DNA from: Spirochaetia bacterium
GTDB lineage: Bacteria; Spirochaetota; Spirochaetia; DSM-2461
DNA length: 64,000 nucleotides
NCBI GenBank assembly: GCA_963668315.1
Contig: OY764216.1
Coordinates: 4,672,001-4,736,000, forward strand
Direction of reading: 5' to 3'
This document shows, piece after piece, positions 47,759 to 55,901 of the stretch. A program made the translations under genes and the position numbers. How positions within the stretch are numbered: position 1 is the stretch's first letter; every line of letters begins with the position of its first letter. The notes under the pieces were generated by a model. That model saw only the letters and a program-made list of their open reading frames with translations, ran no database searches and had not been told where the DNA came from.

Positions 47759-47784
47759 AAGCCCCGGACATCCGGGGCTTTCTT
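47759..47784 (+). terminator. Rho-independent terminator of the sugar operon
   Basis: AAGCCCCGGA/TCCGGGGCTT stem followed by TCTT. Confidence 0.7.
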
Positions 47785-47924
47785 ATATGCCAGAACATGA
47801 CGCTTCCCCTCTCCTCATAACCGATAAAAAACGATTTTAACCGAAAACAGGACTTTAGTACGGTGTCCGTTTTCTCCCCTTCTCCTACAATAAATTTTCA
47901 GAAAATGAAAAAGAGGAAGAGAAG

Positions 47925-48530
47925 ATGAGAAGATTCATGATTTTATTCACATTCGCGGTCAGCTTTTTTCCCATGGAGCTATTTGCTCAGGAAGAATCGG
48001 AATTCAAGGATATTTATGTGGAGGCGGGAGCCAGCGCCGGACTCTGGCTCAGCGGACCGTCGGATGTCTGGTTCAACGGCGACTGGCATACAAAGAGCAC
48101 GTCCCCTCTGATTAAGGCGGATGTCGTGGTCTATCTGGTGGACTATTTCTATCTGGGCTCGTCCCTGAATTTTGCCCCCTCCTACTCATTCGACAATATC
48201 TATACCGACGCCAGCGCCAGCTTCTTTGAATTCGACGCCCTGCTGGGAATACGTTTTTATCTGAGCGACAAGACCGTTTTGAAAACAGGCGTCGAGGTGG
48301 GAAGCCGCCATGCCTGGGGAGACTATACGAGATCCCAGGTCGACGGGGTCGGCGTTAATCTGAATATAGAACTCCAGCGCAGCTTCAAAGATTTCATCCT
48401 GGTATTCAATCCGGGTTTTCTCAGCCAGGTCACCGGTTCCGAGGAGTACTACGGAAATTACTATTTCCTTGACTGGGCCCCGATCTTCTATCTGAATGTC
48501 GGAGCGGCTTTCAGTCTTATGGAAAAGTAG
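47925..48530 (+). CDS. Small outer-membrane beta-barrel protein (about 8 strands)
   Basis: Signal peptide and aromatic-rich alternating strands, ending FYLNVGAAF. Confidence 0.7.
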   Translation: MRRFMILFTFAVSFFPMELFAQEESEFKDIYVEAGASAGLWLSGPSDVWFNGDWHTKSTSPLIKADVVVYLVDYFYLGSSLNFAPSYSFDNIYTDASASFFEFDALLGIRFYLSDKTVLKTGVEVGSRHAWGDYTRSQVDGVGVNLNIELQRSFKDFILVFNPGFLSQVTGSEEYYGNYYFLDWAPIFYLNVGAAFSLMEK

Positions 48531-48537
48531 CGGGGAT

Positions 48538-49740
48538 TCATATCAGGTTGAAACCGGAGCTCAGATTGTACAGCTCTATTTTGTTGTTTATTCCCAGTTT
48601 GTTATAGATATTTGTCAGGTGTCCTTTCACTGTTCTTTCCGAAAGGAACATTCTGTCGGCTATCTCTTTATTCGTCAGTCCTGATAGAAGCAGAACAATA
48701 ACTTCGGCCTGCCGAGATGTCAGGCCGAATTGTTTCTGGAAGTGTTCGATTCCCGGGACTTCAGAGCCGACAATCAATACACCCAACGGCTCCTCAAAGC
48801 GATCCGGGACTGTTTTCATTTTGATATCCAGAGGGCAAAGGGACTCCCTTCCCGACAGGAAAATCCGGAAAAACTCCTCCCTGCCCGTTCCCTCGAACGC
48901 CGCATCGATAAATCCGTCCATCCTGTCAAAACCGTCGATTTTCCCCTTCAGGTCACTGAAACAATCAGGCATGCCATCCAGAAGAGCACGGCCCTTTCGG
49001 TTCAGGGTTATAACTTTTCTGTTACCGTCCACAAGCATGATCAATTCGTTGACCCCATCGAGAATATCGGGACTGACCAGATTCGGGGTCAACTGTATGA
49101 ACCGGTAGCGGAGGATTATGTAAACCAGGGCAATGAACCAGATGAGCGTGGTAATAGGCGACAGAGCTGGCTTCCCGTACCGGGCGGCAATAAGATCCAC
49201 GATCCAGGCCGCCATAACGGCAAGAAGGGCTGAAATAATAAAAAGAAGGGCCTGCTTTTTTTCCCTCTGGCTCCTGGTTCTTCTATACCAGCTGAAGACC
49301 AGAGCGATGGAGGCCAGATTATAGAAAAAAACGGTAAATTCCAGAAGCATAAACCAGAACCCCGTGGGAAAACCTTTTACAATGGCATTATGGAAAAGAT
49401 TCATATAGATAATAAGAGCGGGAAGAACCGAAATCGCGGCGACGACCAGATATTTCTTCCTCCCCTGGGGATATTTTCCCGTGAAAATAAGAAAAAATCT
49501 TAAAATGAGCAGAACAAAACCGATCTGGGCGGTATAGCTGATTTTAGTCCAGAAGCGAATCAATTCGTCGCTGAACCGGCCGTAACCGAAAATGGATGAA
49601 AAAGCCCAGAGTGAGAGCAGAAGACAAACCCAGAAAAAACTGCGACTCAGCACAGAACTCCCGTCGCGGTATAATAGAAAAAGCCCCAGATTGATATAGA
49701 GAATCGAGGTAAGCAGAAAAACGAAACTGTATACGGTCAG
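48538..49740 (-). CDS. One-component regulator: HisKA_7TM-like membrane sensor, PAS-like domain and LuxR HTH
   Basis: C-terminal LTSRQAEV..L..GLTNKEIA...SERTVKGH..NIY.KL and multiple TMs. The frame is open upstream of the track start (49653) to a CTG at 49740. Confidence 0.85.
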   Translation of the reverse strand: MTVYSFVFLLTSILYINLGLFLLYRDGSSVLSRSFFWVCLLLSLWAFSSIFGYGRFSDELIRFWTKISYTAQIGFVLLILRFFLIFTGKYPQGRKKYLVVAAISVLPALIIYMNLFHNAIVKGFPTGFWFMLLEFTVFFYNLASIALVFSWYRRTRSQREKKQALLFIISALLAVMAAWIVDLIAARYGKPALSPITTLIWFIALVYIILRYRFIQLTPNLVSPDILDGVNELIMLVDGNRKVITLNRKGRALLDGMPDCFSDLKGKIDGFDRMDGFIDAAFEGTGREEFFRIFLSGRESLCPLDIKMKTVPDRFEEPLGVLIVGSEVPGIEHFQKQFGLTSRQAEVIVLLLSGLTNKEIADRMFLSERTVKGHLTNIYNKLGINNKIELYNLSSGFNLI

Positions 49741-49817
49741 ATCGAAGCCCCCGCAGCATAGAAGTAATCAATAATATATATCAATTCCTCTAATAAAACT
49801 ATTTAACGGGGATATCC

Positions 49818-50258
49818 CTATTTGAATGCTTCTCCTGGCAGCACCAGTTTATATCCGGGACGGACGCCCCACTGGTGAAAAAGTCCCTGGTTGACTTCCA
49901 GGGCGTACATGGCGGGACCGGCGGAGGGTACGGGAGACAGATCAAGGGGCTCCATATCTTCTATATTCAGAATAACCCCCTCCTTGTCCATATAGGCGAT
50001 GGACAGGGGAATAAGAGTATTTTTCATCCAGAAATTACGGGGTGCCTCCTCCTCAAAAATAAAGAGCATCCCCCTGTCGGCATCCATCTCTTCCCGGTTC
50101 ATCAGGCCGGTCTGCCTCGCGCCGGCGGTTCTCGCCAGCTCGACGGTCAGCTCATGCCCCTTGATTTTCATGGAGGCCTCTTCCAGCCTTCCGCGGGAGG
50201 CGCAGGAAATCAGCGCGGCTAAAACGACAAGATGCAGGATAAGTATTTTGCGGTGCAT
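49818..50258 (-). CDS. DUF192 family lipoprotein
   Basis: Lipobox LISC, GLM.R, GMLFIF, FWMKNTLIPLSIA and LEVNQG motifs. Confidence 0.9.
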   Translation of the reverse strand: MHRKILILHLVVLAALISCASRGRLEEASMKIKGHELTVELARTAGARQTGLMNREEMDADRGMLFIFEEEAPRNFWMKNTLIPLSIAYMDKEGVILNIEDMEPLDLSPVPSAGPAMYALEVNQGLFHQWGVRPGYKLVLPGEAFK

Positions 50259-50263
50259 GTAGG

Positions 50264-50818
50264 TTAAAACTCCTCGGCGAATTCTTTACGGGATGTCTCA
50301 CGGAAACTGTCCCTGACACGGCTCTCATCCAGGGACGCCTCAAAGGAGACGCGGTCCAGATACTTGACGGTGAGGGGATATTCCAGGGACAGAATGGTAT
50401 CGTCCGAATACCAGGCGGCGAACTGGGGATTCATATCATCCGGCTCACCGTACTTTTTGACAAGTCGTGAATAGATAGTAAAATAATCGATATACTCCCG
50501 GTCCATTTCCAGAATGATGATAAACAGCTTATCCTCCCGGAACTGAAGCCAGGCTCTGTCTATGAATCCTGTCCCCCGGCTGTCTATGATGTTTTCGTTG
50601 GGATTATTGAACATGGTCACTTCCGCTTCGCCCCGGTAGGCGAAATAACTGTCCTTCAGAAGGGCTTCCTTGGCCTCTTCCAGCCCCATCCCCAGGTAAA
50701 GGTCGCGATAGACACCTTCGACGGGGTCGAAACTCCCCTCCTCCGGCGCCCCTGTCTCCTGGGCTCCGAGAAATGAGATAAGCAATAAAAATACCGGGAG
50801 AAAATACCAGTTCTTCAC
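50264..50818 (-). CDS. Exported hypothetical protein
   Basis: GTG start 50818 with signal peptide MKNWYFLPVFLLLISFLGA; L.LGM...E and KKYGEP patterns. Confidence 0.75.
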   Translation of the reverse strand: MKNWYFLPVFLLLISFLGAQETGAPEEGSFDPVEGVYRDLYLGMGLEEAKEALLKDSYFAYRGEAEVTMFNNPNENIIDSRGTGFIDRAWLQFREDKLFIIILEMDREYIDYFTIYSRLVKKYGEPDDMNPQFAAWYSDDTILSLEYPLTVKYLDRVSFEASLDESRVRDSFRETSRKEFAEEF

Positions 50819-50856
50819 GTTTATATTGTCGGCTCCTTTTTTTCGGGATAAAGCGA

Positions 50857-51159
50857 TTATAACCACAGGGACAGCAGAAAAAACAGCAGTCCGGCCAGCA
50901 GGAGAATCCCCACGACGAAGAAAAGTGGCGGCATATCCAGAATCGGTTTGTGCCTTGAATCATTCCGACCGGGAGAAGGATCAGCCCTGTCCTCAAGGTA
51001 TCCGCAGGCAGGACACCCTCCGGCGAACTCACTCTCCTCGCCGGAATAGCCGCATCGGGGACAGAGAACCGCTCCGAAGTAACGCCCGCAGGAGGGGCAT
51101 TTCACCGCATTGCGGGCCACTTTTTTTCCGCAGTGATTGCAATAGAAACTTCTTGCCAT
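50857..51159 (-). CDS. Zinc-ribbon protein with C-terminal TM anchor
   Basis: Four CxxC pairs (CNHC, CPSC, CPRC, CPAC) and a hydrophobic tail; coupled to the upstream gene. Confidence 0.85.
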   Translation of the reverse strand: MARSFYCNHCGKKVARNAVKCPSCGRYFGAVLCPRCGYSGEESEFAGGCPACGYLEDRADPSPGRNDSRHKPILDMPPLFFVVGILLLAGLLFFLLSLWL

Positions 51160-54100
51160 CAGTTTTTCTCCACGGCCAGGATTGTCAGGTCGTCAAACTG
51201 CTCATCCTCCGCCAGATGGCGAAAATAGGCATACTCGGGAAAATCCGGCTTATCCTCGGGATGTTTGAAATAGTCCCGGTACTGGACAAAATGTTCCTTC
51301 AGGAAATTATCGATTTTCCTGTCCACCTGAATGACGCTGTCCTCTTTGGCCCGCTCATAGGGATGAAGGCGGAAAACTTTTTCCAGGGATACCAGAGCCA
51401 TCACAGCCTCCTCCGCCGTTCCCTTGCAGGTGGAGAAGTCAAACTGATAGCGGGCCTCCCTGTCGGGATTATGATATTTGACCATCTCGTAGGTCCCCCT
51501 GTTCATGACCTGGGGAACGATTTCCTGAATCCGGGGGATGCCGAACTCCTCGAATCCCTCCCCTTCATGATGATTGATTTTGGAACCTTCGGGTACCTGG
51601 CTGTGACAGCTGTTGTCGCACTCTATCTGGTTGAAATCATCATCGCGGAAAAGGCGCTGGGCTTCCTCGATACCGTCGGTGAACATGAACATCACGTCTC
51701 CGCTCTTCAGCTGGAAATCCTGCTGCTGGTAACCGTTTTTCATCTCCACCAGGAAGGAGTCGATCTGTCCGGCCGCGGGGGCCTCGCTCAGCTCGATCTC
51801 CCTCATTTTCTTCTGGCTGCTGTCGTAGAGGTGGAAATATTTATCCCCCGCATGGCTCAGAACGCACTTTCCCGTCTTTTCGTTGACAACCATCATACTG
51901 AAGGCGGCAAAACGTCCCTGAAACCCTACTTCCAGAAGCAGGTCATTGATATTATACAGAAGGGGGGGAAGATTGATACCCTTCCGGGGCTCCATCTCCC
52001 GACAGTGGCTCACGAAAATCGTGGCGACTTCCACCATGATCAGTGAGGCCGAGACACCCTTTCCGGCGATATCGCACTTTATAACCGCGTAGTGCTCATC
52101 GTCCAGCTTCCGATAGTCGAAATAGTCTCCCGATACACCCTTGGCTCCCTCATAATAACCGAAGAACTTCAGATTGCCGTCGGTTTTGGAGCCGGTGGTC
52201 AGCTTTCTTTTCGAATCGCCGACGACCGTTTCCTCCAGGGGGATGAAAGCCTTCTGCATATCTTTACCTATGGTGAGCTCCTTGCTGGCCTCGGCCGCCT
52301 TGGCGAGCTGAAGGGTCATCTGGTTGATCGTTTCTCCCAGATTGGCCAGTTCGTCCCGGGATTTGAGCTGGATAAGCTGATGTTTGAGGAGCGATTTGTC
52401 ATCGGTATCGCGGATGATCTGCACGTGATCAGCCAGCTGACGGATAGGCCGTATCATCGTGGAAGCCAGCAGAATGGCGCCGAAAATGGAAGCGGCGATG
52501 GCGACAACGAAGATCAGGGCGGTAATCTTGATGATGTTCTGCCGGGACTGCTTGATCTGGGAAATAAGCGGTTCCACCGAAACCCTCAGCCGGATGGCGC
52601 CGCGGTAATAGGTATCGGAACCGGCTTCCTGGTATACAACGGGCTTGAAGAAGGTGAAAACCTGTTCGTCCTCGCCCAGAAGCAGCAGCTCCTCCGGATT
52701 GAATTCCGGTTCGCTTAAAACGCCCACCCTGTCGGTAATCTCGGCCAGGGACTGGTTGATCTGGTCGGCCAGAAGGCGGATCGTCACGCTGATCTGGTCT
52801 ATCTGCTCCTGGGAGCCTCCCCTCAGCAGGAGGGATGTGGCTTCGCTGTTCAGCTGGTCATAGTCCCGTACCATATCATTCAGGCTTTCCGCGGCCATGG
52901 AATTGATCTGCGTCTCCACTTCGGCCAGACGGGGCTCGATGCTGTCCCAATAGGGCGTATTTCCCACGGAAAAGGAGGAAAGAAGCTCTTTTTCCAGGAG
53001 CAGGGCCGCCAGTTCCGAAGAACGGTCCCGCATTTCCTCGTTAAAGACGTAGCGCCCGTCCTGTTCCAGATAGAACTGTTCAAGAAGGGTGTTCTCATCC
53101 TCGGAAAGGGCCGATGAAATCCGGCTGTAGTCCCTGGATGAGTAGGATTCGGGCAGAACCTGATATTGATTTATGTCGGGACGGTTGGAAGCCCAGATAT
53201 AGTTGAAATGATCGGGATCGTTGAAGCCTTTTCCCGTTATTGTCGTGCTCAGAGCCTCTTCCATGGCGGAGATCTGCCTGGGCAGAAGGCTCATTTCGAT
53301 ACGGTTTCCCAGGGGCAGATTGCTTTCCGCTCCGGAAGACAGGGTATCCACCATCATCAGGCTTCGTTTTTCCAGCTCCTCTCCCAGGGATATCTGCTGG
53401 GTGGTGATCATATAGTTTCCCAGGACCAGGGCCACCAGGAGGACGATGGATACGACCAGGGCCAGGAAGGCCAGGGTGAATTTCGCTCTGAGTCCGACTC
53501 CCTGTTTTTTCATAGCTTTTATCCTTTCTTCCGCCGCTTCCGATGCCATCAGGCTTCCTTCGATAAGGGCGTTAGCGTTTATTTCCAGTTCTCTGTTCTC
53601 CTGCCAGAGGCGTATCGTCCGTACAATCAGCAGAACGATAATCCCCGCGAGGAAGAGAAGGACCAGGTAGAAGGCTACCCGGTTCAGGGCAAGGCGCAGG
53701 GCCCGGTCCTGGATCAGGGTCCAGTCCATGGTGAAGGACCGGGTGAAATCACCGAATTTCACCGTACCCGTGGAGTCCAGTTTAATCCGGTTCTGGGCAA
53801 AGACGATGCCCCTGAGCGGATGCTCCACTCCTATATAGTAAACCCCTTCCCTCATGTCGTCTATAACGGGGCCTGCAATCCTTCTGTCCGTGACAACCTG
53901 GTAATCCTCGTTCAGGTAATACTCATAATCCCAGGGAGCCTGGCCGTTTCTGTCCACCAGGACCCGCACGACCCGTCCGTTTTCGGCAAATCCCCGTCCC
54001 CTGATGTCCAGGACGATACTCTCCTCGCGGTTTTTCGACGACCCCACCCAGCTTATGTAGGTAACCGGGACGTATTTATCCATCCGGAACCGGAGGGTTT

Positions 54101-55901
54101 CAATTTTTCCCATGTTCCCCGTTCCGTCAAGGGAACCCACAGCCAGGAGCCAGTACCCGTTATCCCGGTTATTCAGCTTGATGGCCCTGTCGGTGGTCAT
54201 GACTCGCCGGGGAGGATCGTAGAGACTCGTATCGAAATCGTCAATTTCAAAGGGATCGTTGCCCAGATAAACCAGATTATAGGAGTAGCCCGCCAGGTCT
54301 TCATCCCCGGGCAGTTTCCAGGCCAGTACGGGTGAATTGCTTCTCAGGGCACCGAAAGCATCGGTCTCGGGGCGGATGAAAACGACCGGAGCCGGAGGTG
54401 TGGTATCCCTGAAATAGGGGACATGCAGGGGCTCCGACCAGTTGCCCGCGTTATCACGGACGCTGATGTGAATATACCACTCCCCGTCCTCTTCGGCGGT
54501 GAAGGTTGTCGCCCTCGGCCTCAGGATGAGCCTTTCCCCGTTTTCCGAAGGATCGGTATCGGGATTTCTGTCCCAGGCGATGCGGTACCCCTCAATACCA
54601 GAGGAGTCCACGGGGATGGACCAGCTGAAGGTAACCAGGGACTTGGCATTACGCTCCCCCAGGGTAAAAGAAATTGGTTCTATGCGGGGCTGATTGACCG
54701 ATTTGTCGGGAGCCAGCATGACGAGCCTGTTTCTGTCGGAAAACTGGTTCTCCCAGAACAGATACAGGTCTCCCTTAAATATGATGGGGATTCCGTAGGA
54801 TGAGTTGCCCCGGGAGCGGCTCATCCGGTCCCCGCCCAGATAGGATGTCTTCAAGTTGGTCATGACGACCTGGTTTCCGTCCCGGTTGTCGAACCAGAGA
54901 ACGAAATCTTCACCCCGAAGATGAAAGTAGCAGGGATTGGCGTTATACCGGTATCCCGTGGTCACCGCTGTGAATTCCCCTTTGACCGCCCCGCTCCCGT
55001 CCAGCCGGGCCATATACACCTGGGGGGAGAGCTGGGAGTAGTGTCTTTCCCAGGTGAGGATAAGTTCCTCTCCGTTGGATGTCAGGCAGGGGCGCTGATT
55101 GTCCCAGTAGATAGATTCCTGGAGAAGACCGTCAAAGTTCTCCCCCCTGTCGGTAATGAGAACCGGGTCGGACCACTGGAGACTTCCCTGGTCCCGGCTC
55201 TGCAGATAAATCTGCCAGGTGATACGGGTTCCGGTGTACAGAGACTGGAAGACCACATACTCCCGTCCCCCGAAGCTATGGAAGGAGGGCAGGAAGTTCC
55301 AGGTCAGATCGGGGTCCGTCACCAGTTCACGCGGCTCCGACCAGGACCTTCCATCCCATTCGCTATAGAGGATTCTCAACGAGGACGTTATCGACGTTCC
55401 TTCCTCGGGGCTGCTCTCGGTGCTGAAAAGTATCAGATTTCCCTCTTCCTTCTCAAAGAGGCGGGGTGCAAGATTGGTGGTATTGGAGAGGATCTCCCCT
55501 GTCCTTACAAACTCCGCCGATCCCTTTGTGCGGGAATAGACGGCAATTGTCTGCTCATTCTCATGAAAGGCCAGGTGAAAATCCCCCGTGGAAGTTCCCA
55601 CCAGGGAGAATAGGGAAACCTGGTCTTCCCAGTAATAGTCGATGGGCTCGTAAATCCTTTCAGCAGGGGTCCATTCGACACCGTCTGCTGAGGAGGTGGT
55701 ATAGAAGGAAACCGTGCCGGCCGCGTCGTCAAACTCCTGCCAGACAGCCAGAATCTCGTCATCGGTGGTGACGACCTGGGGAAACCGGGCTCTGTTTCCG
55801 GTCAGAATCTGTTCATTCTCCCAGAAAAAGTCAACCTGGGCGCACAAAAGGAACGGGATAAGTAAAAAAAGTAGGCCTAGAAGTGTTCTTTTAAAGTCCA
55901 A
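51159..55901 (-). CDS. Large membrane sensor: periplasmic propeller/Ig-like region, 3 TMs, HAMP and SpoIIE/PP2C phosphatase
   Basis: Signal peptide; HAMP (RPIRQL...DELANL...INQM); PP2C motifs SGDYFD, CDIAGKG, FTDGIEE and DDLT. Confidence 0.9.
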   Translation of the reverse strand: MDFKRTLLGLLFLLIPFLLCAQVDFFWENEQILTGNRARFPQVVTTDDEILAVWQEFDDAAGTVSFYTTSSADGVEWTPAERIYEPIDYYWEDQVSLFSLVGTSTGDFHLAFHENEQTIAVYSRTKGSAEFVRTGEILSNTTNLAPRLFEKEEGNLILFSTESSPEEGTSITSSLRILYSEWDGRSWSEPRELVTDPDLTWNFLPSFHSFGGREYVVFQSLYTGTRITWQIYLQSRDQGSLQWSDPVLITDRGENFDGLLQESIYWDNQRPCLTSNGEELILTWERHYSQLSPQVYMARLDGSGAVKGEFTAVTTGYRYNANPCYFHLRGEDFVLWFDNRDGNQVVMTNLKTSYLGGDRMSRSRGNSSYGIPIIFKGDLYLFWENQFSDRNRLVMLAPDKSVNQPRIEPISFTLGERNAKSLVTFSWSIPVDSSGIEGYRIAWDRNPDTDPSENGERLILRPRATTFTAEEDGEWYIHISVRDNAGNWSEPLHVPYFRDTTPPAPVVFIRPETDAFGALRSNSPVLAWKLPGDEDLAGYSYNLVYLGNDPFEIDDFDTSLYDPPRRVMTTDRAIKLNNRDNGYWLLAVGSLDGTGNMGKIETLRFRMDKYVPVTYISWVGSSKNREESIVLDIRGRGFAENGRVVRVLVDRNGQAPWDYEYYLNEDYQVVTDRRIAGPVIDDMREGVYYIGVEHPLRGIVFAQNRIKLDSTGTVKFGDFTRSFTMDWTLIQDRALRLALNRVAFYLVLLFLAGIIVLLIVRTIRLWQENRELEINANALIEGSLMASEAAEERIKAMKKQGVGLRAKFTLAFLALVVSIVLLVALVLGNYMITTQQISLGEELEKRSLMMVDTLSSGAESNLPLGNRIEMSLLPRQISAMEEALSTTITGKGFNDPDHFNYIWASNRPDINQYQVLPESYSSRDYSRISSALSEDENTLLEQFYLEQDGRYVFNEEMRDRSSELAALLLEKELLSSFSVGNTPYWDSIEPRLAEVETQINSMAAESLNDMVRDYDQLNSEATSLLLRGGSQEQIDQISVTIRLLADQINQSLAEITDRVGVLSEPEFNPEELLLLGEDEQVFTFFKPVVYQEAGSDTYYRGAIRLRVSVEPLISQIKQSRQNIIKITALIFVVAIAASIFGAILLASTMIRPIRQLADHVQIIRDTDDKSLLKHQLIQLKSRDELANLGETINQMTLQLAKAAEASKELTIGKDMQKAFIPLEETVVGDSKRKLTTGSKTDGNLKFFGYYEGAKGVSGDYFDYRKLDDEHYAVIKCDIAGKGVSASLIMVEVATIFVSHCREMEPRKGINLPPLLYNINDLLLEVGFQGRFAAFSMMVVNEKTGKCVLSHAGDKYFHLYDSSQKKMREIELSEAPAAGQIDSFLVEMKNGYQQQDFQLKSGDVMFMFTDGIEEAQRLFRDDDFNQIECDNSCHSQVPEGSKINHHEGEGFEEFGIPRIQEIVPQVMNRGTYEMVKYHNPDREARYQFDFSTCKGTAEEAVMALVSLEKVFRLHPYERAKEDSVIQVDRKIDNFLKEHFVQYRDYFKHPEDKPDFPEYAYFRHLAEDEQFDDLTILAVEKN

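Noticed and set aside
30221..49800. Accessory block as a genomic island or prophage
   Set aside because: No integrase, transposase, tRNA target, flanking direct repeats or phage genes were seen.
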